Virus record (IMG/VR): IMGVR_UViG_3300034685_000168
Coordinates: 32,001 to 96,000 of that record
DNA length: 64,000 nucleotides
From: a virus
Strand: one strand, 5' to 3'
Shown here: piece by piece, positions 30,716 to 40,579 of the stretch
Position numbering within the stretch: the first letter of the stretch is position 1
Layout of the letters: each line of letters begins with the position of its first letter
Program-made: the position numbers and the translations under genes
The notes under the pieces: generated by a model
The model's database searches: none
Told to the model about the DNA's origin: nothing
Seen by the model: only the letters and a program-made list of their open reading frames with translations

Positions 30716-32851
30716 ATGTTACAAAATAATATTTATAAATTAGAAATATTGAATTTTTTAAAATCTATTACTATAAAAAATTCAGCTAAAGCTAATTTGA
30801 TTAAAGAACAAACTATAATAGATTATGGATTAGATGAATTATCAGAATATGATAATCCTTATTACAAAAATCTATTCGGTGAATATAGTATTTATGATGA
30901 AATGATGTATATAAAATCTTTAGATACATATGAAATAATTGAATATACAAAAGAAAATTTAAATAACCACCCCAAAACTAAAATGAGTTATGTTATAGGT
31001 AGTGATTTCTATAAAAAATTATGTGATAAATATCCTTTACAAAAAGATCTTATTAAAAATATTAGATATCCTGTTAATTCTAAAAAAGAAGCAATAGAAT
31101 CAAGTAATTTTTCATTACTTGTTTATGATGGGTCTTTATTACAAGAAAATGAAAAAGATTATATTATTATTAATATAAAAAAATATCTACAATATCTTAA
31201 AGAAAGATGGTACGTAAAAGAATTTGAATATGATAAATACTATATTGTAGTATTTGAATATTTAATTTATGGTATATTATTTAATTATATTGAATCATTG
31301 AGATTAGATAATTTACAAACTCCTTATGTTCATATTTTTCATGTAAAAGAATATTTGAAAAGTAAAGGATTAGGTGAATATCTTCCTTATTTAAATTATA
31401 ATCAGTTAATGTTTTTATATAAAAATATAGATTATATTTATAACAATGAAGGAAAAAAAGAAATATTAGAACTAATAACAGATCAGTTATTATCACAAGT
31501 TGGAGCTGGTATTACTTATAAAGAAATTTATTTAAATACTAAAAATAGTGAAAATACTTTAACATTAATACCCGAAGTAATTACTAAAAAATTAAATGAT
31601 AAGTCTGACTCTATTAATATAAATAATATAGAGTCTTTAGAAAATTTTATTTATCTTTTAAATGAAAATGAAAATGTAGAACCAGATATTTCTACTAATA
31701 ATATTAATAATTTATCTAAACAATTACAATTACAAAAATATACCAAAATACCAACGAAGTATTTACAACTTAATAATAATTTTAAAATAAGAAATTTCGA
31801 TGAATTTGTATTGAACCATATAAATAGTATGTTTGTTTATGGTTTAGTAGAAAAAAATTTAAATTATAATTTATCACTTTCTACTTCATATACAGATATT
31901 TTAATATTAGATACGATTGATGCATATCTGTTATATAATTATTGTTACTTAAAAAGTAATAATATAGAACCTACTATGATACCAACAACATTCAGTATGT
32001 ATTCTGTTATAGAAACTCCTATAATAGAATATTCTAATATAAATAAATATTTTACATTTAAAAATAGAAGTTTTAATATAGAAGATTTTGTAGATATAAA
32101 ATGGGTATTAGATAAATTTAAAATAACTAATGATAATAATTATAATTCATATGATGAATTTTTGAATTTAATGATGAGTCATTTAGAAGCATTTTATTAT
32201 TTATATAATTTAGCAAATGCTGGTAGTGAAATATTGATTACAGATGCAGTTAATCATCTATTAAAACAACTATATTTTAAAGGAACTAAAACTAAACAAT
32301 TATTAGGAGATACAATATATCAAAATTGGTTCGATAATAGATCAGATATTAAATCTCTTATAACAAATGTAAATAATATTTCTACAGATCAAAGAAACGT
32401 ATGGAAGGAATTATCCGAATCTATTGCTGAAGCTACTATTTATATCCCTGATATGTTTACTAAATATACATCATTACAATCTAATAATAAAAATACTTTA
32501 CCTTATTTAAAAAATTTATTAAAAAAATTATCTAGTTACAATATTTGTTTTTTAGATACTGATGTAGGTGATAATAGTTTATTTTATGATATTACTAATT
32601 TAAAATATTATCATAGTTCTAATATATACACTAATCAAACCAATGGGTTATCTTACATTAATAATATTAAATATAATAAAGGATTTACTGTAGGTACAAC
32701 TGATATTATTAAAAATTATAGTTCAATTAAACACTTACCAATAGAAGACAATGTCCATCAAGATTATGGCGATATATCTGATATACAAAAAGTATTGTTA
32801 GATAAAATGCATAATTTAAATATAGGATTATCATTTTCAATAGATATTTAA
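30716..32851 (+). CDS. Virion structural (baseplate-type) protein
   Basis: YYKNLFGEY, VHIFHVKEYLKS, FLYKNIDYI, LSSYNI recalled from phiKZ-like virion proteins; divergent from portal. Confidence 0.55.
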   Translation: MLQNNIYKLEILNFLKSITIKNSAKANLIKEQTIIDYGLDELSEYDNPYYKNLFGEYSIYDEMMYIKSLDTYEIIEYTKENLNNHPKTKMSYVIGSDFYKKLCDKYPLQKDLIKNIRYPVNSKKEAIESSNFSLLVYDGSLLQENEKDYIIINIKKYLQYLKERWYVKEFEYDKYYIVVFEYLIYGILFNYIESLRLDNLQTPYVHIFHVKEYLKSKGLGEYLPYLNYNQLMFLYKNIDYIYNNEGKKEILELITDQLLSQVGAGITYKEIYLNTKNSENTLTLIPEVITKKLNDKSDSININNIESLENFIYLLNENENVEPDISTNNINNLSKQLQLQKYTKIPTKYLQLNNNFKIRNFDEFVLNHINSMFVYGLVEKNLNYNLSLSTSYTDILILDTIDAYLLYNYCYLKSNNIEPTMIPTTFSMYSVIETPIIEYSNINKYFTFKNRSFNIEDFVDIKWVLDKFKITNDNNYNSYDEFLNLMMSHLEAFYYLYNLANAGSEILITDAVNHLLKQLYFKGTKTKQLLGDTIYQNWFDNRSDIKSLITNVNNISTDQRNVWKELSESIAEATIYIPDMFTKYTSLQSNNKNTLPYLKNLLKKLSSYNICFLDTDVGDNSLFYDITNLKYYHSSNIYTNQTNGLSYINNIKYNKGFTVGTTDIIKNYSSIKHLPIEDNVHQDYGDISDIQKVLLDKMHNLNIGLSFSIDI

Positions 32852-32869
32852 AAAAGGAAAATTAAAACA

Positions 32870-33691
32870 ATGAAAAATAGAAGTATTACTACTAATATGT
32901 TGGCCGGTGCACGAACTTCATTAGAGATGCAATTAGGTCTACCTACTACTTTTCAACCCAATATAACATTAAACTATTTACGTAATGTTGCAGCAGATAT
33001 TCAACCAACAGGTTATTCTATTAACTATTATTATGGAATAGGGACAAAAGGTGAATATAGTATTAATGATGGTAATACAACAGAATTATATATTCCAACA
33101 CCTTATGAATTAAATGCTTATAATCAAATACCCTTTAGAATTGTTCCTGTAGAAGAAGATTTATCCGATGTAGAAAGAAGTCAATATAGGATAAGGGAAC
33201 TACGTAATATTAATGGTCAGTATTATTTTATTTATTGGTTAAAAGTATTAACTATTAATATCGATTCATTAGAAACTAATAAAATAACAGCTAGTGGTAC
33301 TATAGAACCATTTGATTTAGATTCTACTATGTTACAACCTATCCCTAGAACATTATCTTCATCACAAGGGGCTATGATAACCGAAACATATAATGCTACT
33401 TGTACAGCAACATTAGATATTAAAGCTACAGAAATATTCGAAGTTATTAACACTCTTTACAATAATGAAATAGATAGTAAAATATCTGAGATATGTATAT
33501 TTAATGGTCAAGATAGAATTATTCAAGGACCTGATGGTAATAATATTAATAACATGATCAATTACACTGATGCTATTAATTGTAAAATAGTTGAAAAAAC
33601 ATGTATGAAATCATATCCATTTATCGATATAGAAGATAGATTTACAAGAACTATTACTATAGGTAATGGTAAAGCTATGATTAAAATGTAA
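32870..33691 (+). CDS. Virion structural protein
   Basis: YYGIG, QIPFR..DLS..ER..YR.R, YWLK and ISEI motifs. Confidence 0.6.
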   Translation: MKNRSITTNMLAGARTSLEMQLGLPTTFQPNITLNYLRNVAADIQPTGYSINYYYGIGTKGEYSINDGNTTELYIPTPYELNAYNQIPFRIVPVEEDLSDVERSQYRIRELRNINGQYYFIYWLKVLTINIDSLETNKITASGTIEPFDLDSTMLQPIPRTLSSSQGAMITETYNATCTATLDIKATEIFEVINTLYNNEIDSKISEICIFNGQDRIIQGPDGNNINNMINYTDAINCKIVEKTCMKSYPFIDIEDRFTRTITIGNGKAMIKM

Positions 33692-33704
33692 AAAAAATAA
33701 CTAT

Positions 33705-33736
33705 GATAAGGATACCTATTTAAAGGTATCCTTATC
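33705..33736. terminator. Bidirectional hairpin terminator
   Basis: GATAAGGATACCT...AGGTATCCTTATC. Confidence 0.8.
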
Positions 33737-33749
33737 TGTTATATTATTT

Positions 33750-35540
33750 TTATTGTTCTATAAACTCTACATCTTTCTTTTCATTAAGAAAAACATTAAA
33801 CACTTTATCGTATTTTTCATTACACATAAAAAACAAATTATTATTAATAGTTTCAAAATAATAATTTAATATAAGACCAATAATAAGTTTATCAATATGT
33901 ATTGAACCATATGAATAAAATTTATAATCCATATTATTAATATCAATTTTAAATCGTTTTAGTTTTGTATATCTCGATCTTCCTGTTAGTTCAGAACATG
34001 TGATATTTGATAAAACAGCTATATTATTAACTATTACACCCTCATAATTTTTAATATACTCATTTATATCATACAGACAATTGTCTGCTATCGCATCTTT
34101 GAACTTTTCTTTTTCTTCAGGTGAATCTGCATTTTTATCTTCATTCAAATTATATAGAAATTCAACCAAAGTTGAATCAACTGAATTGTTATAACTGATA
34201 AATTTATATTTATCAATTCCAGTTATTTCCTTGTTAATTTTACTTGAAGACATTAAATTTTCAGCTATTGCTTTAAGATTATTATAAACAGAAACATCAA
34301 GATATTTCTCTAACTCTTCTATAAGAGTATTAACATCATCGTTTTTGTTAATAATAATTTCACCAAGACTTGGTATGTGATAATCAAGATATTTTTGTAT
34401 ATCTTTTTTGATCAAGTTAGAATAAACAACATTTGTATCTTCATCTACAACTACTGTTTTATAATCTATTTTGCAAAAATAACCCAGATCTTCTCCGAAT
34501 TTTTCAGATATAAAACTTTCTATAATAAACTTAATATCTTGAATCATGTTTTTTAGTTCATCAACGGTTATTACCGTTTTGATCTTTACTTCAAATTCAA
34601 GTATGTGAGGAAAAAATATTCCTTCTTCTGAACACAGAATAATATCAATTTTATCACTACCACCGTGATCTATAATTATATTCTCTGTGTTGATTATTGG
34701 TCGTTCTATAAAATTTCTTGCTTTGATAAATTTATTAAAATTAACTTTATTACTTATTACATTATTAAAATTGTTCTCCAATGGAGAAGTTAATTCTGCA
34801 ACCAACCCATAATCGATAGAACTGGTTTTTTTAACTTCTTCAATTTGTTCTTCTTCTATTACTTCTTCCATAGCTTCTTCAATAATGCTTTTTTCCATCA
34901 TTTCAACATTCTCCTCTTCTTTTAAAAATACATCTGTATTAAATTCATTGTCACTTACCAAAAAATCTTTTCTATTAATATTCTTTCCATATTCTGGTTT
35001 CAGTTTATCGTATGTTATTGGTGCTTCATTGTATTGTGGGATATTGTTGTATGGATTTTTATAGACAATAGGTCTACCATAATTATCATATCCCATAATT
35101 TGTATACCTGACGATTTATTATTTAATGGTGGTTTTTTCAACGGACCAAATAATGTCATTTTATAATTTTCATTATTATTTTCATATTGTTGATTATTAT
35201 TTAATCCAAATATAACATCCGGAGTCCCTGGTTCTATATCATAATCACCTGGGTTACAATTATTAGATATTAATTTAATTAAATTATTATAATAATATTC
35301 AATAATTGCATTCATTGCAGATGTTTGTGCTCTCACATCAAAATTACCACTATAATAATCATCCCAAGCCATCATATCTTGAACCATAGATTCAATATTT
35401 TCAATAAGAAATTGAAAATGAAAATCTGGGATATTATTATTTATAGCAAAGTTATTTATTGCTGCTACAAATCCTTGTTTTCTTGCCTCATAATTTTGTC
35501 TCTGTAAAATACCAGATCCAAAATGTAATTTTCTTTTCAT
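33750..35540 (-). CDS. Hypothetical protein downstream of the nvRNAP subunit
   Basis: 596-aa ORF with low-complexity N/E-rich middle. Confidence 0.7.
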   Translation of the reverse strand: MKRKLHFGSGILQRQNYEARKQGFVAAINNFAINNNIPDFHFQFLIENIESMVQDMMAWDDYYSGNFDVRAQTSAMNAIIEYYYNNLIKLISNNCNPGDYDIEPGTPDVIFGLNNNQQYENNNENYKMTLFGPLKKPPLNNKSSGIQIMGYDNYGRPIVYKNPYNNIPQYNEAPITYDKLKPEYGKNINRKDFLVSDNEFNTDVFLKEEENVEMMEKSIIEEAMEEVIEEEQIEEVKKTSSIDYGLVAELTSPLENNFNNVISNKVNFNKFIKARNFIERPIINTENIIIDHGGSDKIDIILCSEEGIFFPHILEFEVKIKTVITVDELKNMIQDIKFIIESFISEKFGEDLGYFCKIDYKTVVVDEDTNVVYSNLIKKDIQKYLDYHIPSLGEIIINKNDDVNTLIEELEKYLDVSVYNNLKAIAENLMSSSKINKEITGIDKYKFISYNNSVDSTLVEFLYNLNEDKNADSPEEKEKFKDAIADNCLYDINEYIKNYEGVIVNNIAVLSNITCSELTGRSRYTKLKRFKIDINNMDYKFYSYGSIHIDKLIIGLILNYYFETINNNLFFMCNEKYDKVFNVFLNEKKDVEFIEQ

Positions 35541-35570
35541 AAATACGCCTCTTTTTTCTTTTAAATTTTT

Positions 35571-37112
35571 TTATGAATCATAACCTAGTTTTTCATCTAT
35601 TTTACTCCAATCTGGTTGGATTATACCACCTAATTCATCAACTTCTATATAAGGATTTATAAGCCCAGATGTACCTGGGTTATCAGCAGGAAAACATATT
35701 AATGTTTCTACAACTGCATGAGAAGGGTGATACCGTATTAATTCTGGACTTATTATATTAGACTTTTTTGCACTTGATTGTTTTTCTATATTTTCTAAAG
35801 ATCTAAATGATTTTATACCAATACTATAGAACCAATTATTATTATAAAACTGAGGGCCACTTGATAACATTCTATTGTTTTTAAGATTCATAAGAATGCT
35901 ATCGGGAATTATAGTTCTCATTAATTCAGATTCTATATCTTTATATGTTAAAGGTTTATTTTGTTTATTAACTAACTTATATAAATTATCAAATAAACTA
36001 GTTACAAAATATGTCATCAATTCTTGTATTGATGCAATCCTTTTTAGATATAAATTAGATGGGTTAAAATGTGTAATAAACTCGTCTATTATGTATGTTA
36101 CAAGATCAAATAGTTCTTGTATTGTTGTTATTTCATAACCAATTCTCCTTAATTGTCGTGTTACTTTTGGATCAATAAATCTATCTAAATAGAATAAATG
36201 ATCTGTTGTATTTTTTATTAATAATGAATCATTAAAACCTTTAGTGAAAAAATGTTTTCCCAAACAAGTTTTAAAAAACACATTATTTTCAGTTTCTATT
36301 AAATTCTCTATTTCAAATCTTTTCTTTCCATTTTTAATTGATTGAAATAAAGATAATAATGCTCTTCTTTTATAAAGATTATTTTTAAAAGTTTTTATTA
36401 CTTTCACATAAACATTATTTTTTAATCTGAAGTAATAAAAATCATTATCATTATCAACTGGGTCAGTTACTAATTCTATTTCTCCAGGTTCATATTGATA
36501 AAAATAAAACGTATTATAAAATCCTTTATAAATTAATTGATAAAGGAATAAGGGTGGTGGAACAATATTTCTTTTACCATGAGCTCTACATGTAATTATT
36601 CTATCACTAACTGAATAATTACCAGTATGATCCTTAATTGTTATTGTTTTAGATCTACCAAATATTATTGGGAATCTTAATACTTTAAGGATCATACTAT
36701 TATTCACTATATTAAATACATCTTCTACAATACCAAATATCTGATATGTGTCTGTACCATTGATAACCATTTTTTGTTTATCTATCATATATGGTACATT
36801 AAGGTATACACTAATAATATCGGTTCCATTATATAAAAAATCAAATCTAACCATTTTAACTTCATGGTTAGCTACTTGGACTTTAAATTTAGGGTTCTTA
36901 AATTCTCTTTCTACTTGTTCTTCAGGTGTTAATTCGTAGTGTCCTTTATATTCAAGAAAACCACCTAGTGTTTTAATCACCTCTTCAAAAAAGAATTCTA
37001 TCTCATTAATAATATCTTTCATAGAAAAATTACGATAATCTAATAATAATTTATTATTAAATTTAGGAATATTATCGTTAACTTTTCTGAATATTGTATT
37101 CCACTTTGACAT
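35571..37112 (-). CDS. Non-virion RNA polymerase beta subunit, N-terminal part (phiKZ gp123-like)
   Basis: LNVPY..ING, LYLKRI, HPSHA, NPGTSGLINPY; in an early-promoter operon. Confidence 0.75.
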   Translation of the reverse strand: MSKWNTIFRKVNDNIPKFNNKLLLDYRNFSMKDIINEIEFFFEEVIKTLGGFLEYKGHYELTPEEQVEREFKNPKFKVQVANHEVKMVRFDFLYNGTDIISVYLNVPYMIDKQKMVINGTDTYQIFGIVEDVFNIVNNSMILKVLRFPIIFGRSKTITIKDHTGNYSVSDRIITCRAHGKRNIVPPPLFLYQLIYKGFYNTFYFYQYEPGEIELVTDPVDNDNDFYYFRLKNNVYVKVIKTFKNNLYKRRALLSLFQSIKNGKKRFEIENLIETENNVFFKTCLGKHFFTKGFNDSLLIKNTTDHLFYLDRFIDPKVTRQLRRIGYEITTIQELFDLVTYIIDEFITHFNPSNLYLKRIASIQELMTYFVTSLFDNLYKLVNKQNKPLTYKDIESELMRTIIPDSILMNLKNNRMLSSGPQFYNNNWFYSIGIKSFRSLENIEKQSSAKKSNIISPELIRYHPSHAVVETLICFPADNPGTSGLINPYIEVDELGGIIQPDWSKIDEKLGYDS

Positions 37113-37169
37113 TTTAATCTCCTCATTAAATTAAAATTATATAACCCTATACAATATATTTATATAGTA

Positions 37170-38642
37170 TTATTTTTTAAGTTTAATCAATGCCAAAGCT
37201 ATTGATAATACGGGTAATACAACAGATACTATTGCTTTTGTAATTCCCATTAATGCCATTACCTTTTTGGATTTAACTTCTTCTTGTTTTAACTTAGCTT
37301 CTTCTTTCTTCCTAAGTTCTTCTTCTTTTTCTCTTATCCTTTCTTGTTTCATATTTTCTATTTCTTGTTTTAATTTCTCTGTTTCTAATTTATTTTCATA
37401 ATATCTTTTTCTTTCAAATTCCTCATAGGCAGATTCTCCAGATTCTATTATTGATAATTTCTCTTTTAGAGATTTTATTATTTTTTCATTATCTTCTACT
37501 CGTTTTGATAATTGATTTGTCTCCTTTTTATAATAATTACATTCTTCTGTTATTTTCTCAAAGTTTACTACTTTAGATTTTCTTTCTTCAAACTGTTTAT
37601 TAAAATCACTAAGTATTTGATTATAATTAATACTCAATGTTATTTCTTCATATTCATTATAATATTCGTGCTTTATAAGATTTTTTATTTTATGTTGTCC
37701 ATAAGGATTCTTAAGAAAAACATCTAAATCTTTTGGATCAGCATCAAATATTATTTTAGGTTTATCAGATAATGGATTATTATAAATAATCTTTAAAGAC
37801 TTATTTTCTTTTCCATTAAAAGTTTTATCTATTGGAATATTTAAGAAATTACTATCAGTATAACAATAAGCAAATGCTTCTGCCAATTTACCACCTGCTT
37901 GGAGTTTTAGGAAAATTTGTCCTTGTTCATTTAAATAATCTTTAAATTTAGGATTATCATTTTCCATTAATTCTTCTACTTCAATATATTTATCGAGATA
38001 ATGAAAATTCTCGATATTATCTTCTGTACTATTACAGAATAAAGTTAACTTAGGCTCACAAACACCATTAAGAACATGATATAATTTATCCTTATTATTA
38101 AATTTAGATAATGGAATTCTTTTTATCATTGTTCTAAGATTTTGTTGTGGTGGGTAGAAGATAAATGATGCGTCTTTGGTTTCTTCATCTCTTGCCAATA
38201 TAGGTGGAACAAATTCTTTATATCTATTGTTTCCTGCTTTAAATTTTATATCAACACAGACATATCGTATTAGATACACATATCCACGCAAATAAAAATC
38301 ATATCTGTCACCAAACGATTTATTATTAGAACATCTTATTTTTTCACCATTAATAGAACAAACTATTATATCTGTCGGTGAATCATTATAAACATATACA
38401 CCATCGATATAATACAAATTGGATAATTCTATTTTCTCCCATTTTTTACATTCACTTGCTTCATAATACTCCCATCCATTTTCTTGAAGATATTTTGTTG
38501 AGAATGTTCCAAAGAATGAGCTATATTCTTTTATATTACTCATATCTGTTGGAAATTTACTTGCATAAATATCTGGTGGAAGTGTTCGATAATCATTTAC
38601 TGGTAAGCTTGTTACATTAGCTCCTATTTTTTTGTTATTCAT
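37170..38642 (-). CDS. Hypothetical protein with C-terminal coiled coil and hydrophobic tail
   Basis: E/K-rich heptads then AIVSVVLPVLSIALALI. Confidence 0.7.
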   Translation of the reverse strand: MNNKKIGANVTSLPVNDYRTLPPDIYASKFPTDMSNIKEYSSFFGTFSTKYLQENGWEYYEASECKKWEKIELSNLYYIDGVYVYNDSPTDIIVCSINGEKIRCSNNKSFGDRYDFYLRGYVYLIRYVCVDIKFKAGNNRYKEFVPPILARDEETKDASFIFYPPQQNLRTMIKRIPLSKFNNKDKLYHVLNGVCEPKLTLFCNSTEDNIENFHYLDKYIEVEELMENDNPKFKDYLNEQGQIFLKLQAGGKLAEAFAYCYTDSNFLNIPIDKTFNGKENKSLKIIYNNPLSDKPKIIFDADPKDLDVFLKNPYGQHKIKNLIKHEYYNEYEEITLSINYNQILSDFNKQFEERKSKVVNFEKITEECNYYKKETNQLSKRVEDNEKIIKSLKEKLSIIESGESAYEEFERKRYYENKLETEKLKQEIENMKQERIREKEEELRKKEEAKLKQEEVKSKKVMALMGITKAIVSVVLPVLSIALALIKLKK

Positions 38643-38693
38643 ATATATTAAATCCCTTTAAATTATTTAAAGTTATAGCTCATTTCTGTAATA

Positions 38694-38720
38694 GTAATAT
38701 ATAAATAAAATGTAATTGAT
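38694..38720 (-). promoter_or_regulatory. Putative early promoter
   Basis: GTAATATATAAATAAAATGTAATTGAT (TATATTAC core on the minus strand). Confidence 0.7.
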
Positions 38721-38729
38721 TTTTATAAC

Positions 38730-38766
38730 TATAGATAAGAGACCATTATCTGGTCTCTTATCTATA
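38730..38766. terminator. Hairpin terminator
   Basis: TATAGATAAGAGACCA...TGGTCTCTTATCTATA. Confidence 0.75.
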
Positions 38767-38768
38767 TA

Positions 38769-39794
38769 TTATTTTTCCCAAGGATCTTTTGCCCAATCTG
38801 GTTTAACAAATTTATCTGTTGTTGTATTTTGTGTTGTACTAATATTATCATTTATATTATTAATAATTAATAAATCATCTTTATCTTCTATAAAAACTGA
38901 TTGTGAATGTATGTCTAATTCTTTAAATATTTCAGAAGAAGAATCTACTATATCAGTATCAGTAAATCTTTCATCTTCATATTTATAAATAGTAGAAGGA
39001 GTTTCTCCTTTTAGAGATAATAATGTATTTATATTTTCTTTATGTTGTTCCGTTGTTGTTCCAGTAACAGGTGAAGCTATTGCTTTTTTAGTTAATTCTT
39101 TATCTTTATTAGGTGGTATAACAACTCCAGATTTAACTATATTAGTATATGTTTCTATATTACCATTTTCTACTAATTTATCTATAGACTTATTTAATTT
39201 CTTTTTATTCTCTAATGTGTAATGTTTACAATTAGTCATAGCTTGTAAAAGATCAGATAATAATGGGTTATTTAATATCTCATCAAATAATTCATCAAAA
39301 GATAATTTATCTAATAGTTCATTAAACTTATCTATTAATTGACTAACTAAATCATTAACACCTTCACAAACTGATGATATTAAATTAGCTAATTGTTTTT
39401 CTCTTTCTTTTACACTTTTATAAGCATCCATCCCTGTTTTTACATATTTATTATTAGTAGTAATAGATTCAACACCATATGAAGAACCTGCATCTAATGT
39501 ATTCATGAATCTATTAGACATATTATCTATGCTCGCTGAAGCAGAAGCTATATGTCTATTAACAGTGCTTTGAGCTACTTTTAATTTTGTTTCTGTATAA
39601 TCGGATGCTAATTTTATTTTAGCAGCAGTAACATCAACTGGAGATTTTATCTCTGTTTTAGACCGTTGTTCTAATAGAAATTTTTCATCTATTTCAACTT
39701 GTCTCATTAAGTTAATATCACCTACTTCTTCAAAATCTCCTATTTCTCTTGTCACTCTTTTTTTATCCGATGATGTGAATAATGAACCAGCCAT
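38769..39794 (-). CDS. Hypothetical (possibly virion) protein
   Basis: 341-aa ORF with an AAGGA RBS. Confidence 0.65.
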   Translation of the reverse strand: MAGSLFTSSDKKRVTREIGDFEEVGDINLMRQVEIDEKFLLEQRSKTEIKSPVDVTAAKIKLASDYTETKLKVAQSTVNRHIASASASIDNMSNRFMNTLDAGSSYGVESITTNNKYVKTGMDAYKSVKEREKQLANLISSVCEGVNDLVSQLIDKFNELLDKLSFDELFDEILNNPLLSDLLQAMTNCKHYTLENKKKLNKSIDKLVENGNIETYTNIVKSGVVIPPNKDKELTKKAIASPVTGTTTEQHKENINTLLSLKGETPSTIYKYEDERFTDTDIVDSSSEIFKELDIHSQSVFIEDKDDLLIINNINDNISTTQNTTTDKFVKPDWAKDPWEK

Positions 39795-39807
39795 ATTTTA
39801 TTTATCC

Positions 39808-40482
39808 TTATTCATTATCTAATAAATTATTATCAAAATGTCTAGCATATAATAAATTACTAGTTGTAACAACACTTTTGGTTTTAGTTCCAGGTAAAGA
39901 TGTTTCTATAGAACATTCACCTTTTTCTAATGCTTCCATTTTAAGTCTAGAATAAGCTTGTATATTACCACCCCTAATAGTTGCTAATTCACTAATGGTT
40001 TTATCTAATCCTTTATTTTTTAATGAGTATAATTCATTGATAGATATTTTAGCTGCTTTATCATCACTAATAACTTGTCCAGATAATTGATCCGTGTGTT
40101 TATCACTATGTGAAAAATGTTGTTTATCATCTAAATACTGTATTGTTCTTCTAACATTATTTTTTAATATTAAGTATTTTTCATTAGTTTTATAATATTC
40201 CCCAATAACTTCATCGTATACTAATAATTGAGACATCAATACAACACCAATTCTCTCAGCTTCTTTTTTTAAATCTATTAAATTAGCATTATTGTCCATA
40301 TTAGGAAATTGTAAATAAATATTATCTTTATCATCTTTTAAATCATTCATAAATTTATCAAATTCTTCATCTGTCATTTTATCAAATCTTTTTTTTAATA
40401 ACTCTGTATTTTTATTAGATTTATCACACCTAGATACAGAATCTAATAAATAGTCCATTACTTGTTTTCTTTTTATATTCAT
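39808..40482 (-). CDS. Virion RNA polymerase beta subunit, C-terminal fragment (phiKZ gp149-like)
   Basis: VRRTIQ, DQLSGQV, KISINE and IRGG correspond to beta C-terminal region I. Confidence 0.7.
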   Translation of the reverse strand: MNIKRKQVMDYLLDSVSRCDKSNKNTELLKKRFDKMTDEEFDKFMNDLKDDKDNIYLQFPNMDNNANLIDLKKEAERIGVVLMSQLLVYDEVIGEYYKTNEKYLILKNNVRRTIQYLDDKQHFSHSDKHTDQLSGQVISDDKAAKISINELYSLKNKGLDKTISELATIRGGNIQAYSRLKMEALEKGECSIETSLPGTKTKSVVTTSNLLYARHFDNNLLDNE

Positions 40483-40538
40483 AATTAAATTTTAATCCTC
40501 TTTTAGAAATTAAAAAAATATAAGTTTCATATATATAA

Positions 40539-40573
40539 TATTACTTATGGGGATTTATTCCCCATAAGTAATA
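40539..40573. terminator. Hairpin terminator
   Basis: TATTACTTATGGGGA...TCCCCATAAGTAATA. Confidence 0.75.
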
Positions 40574-40579
40574 TATACA

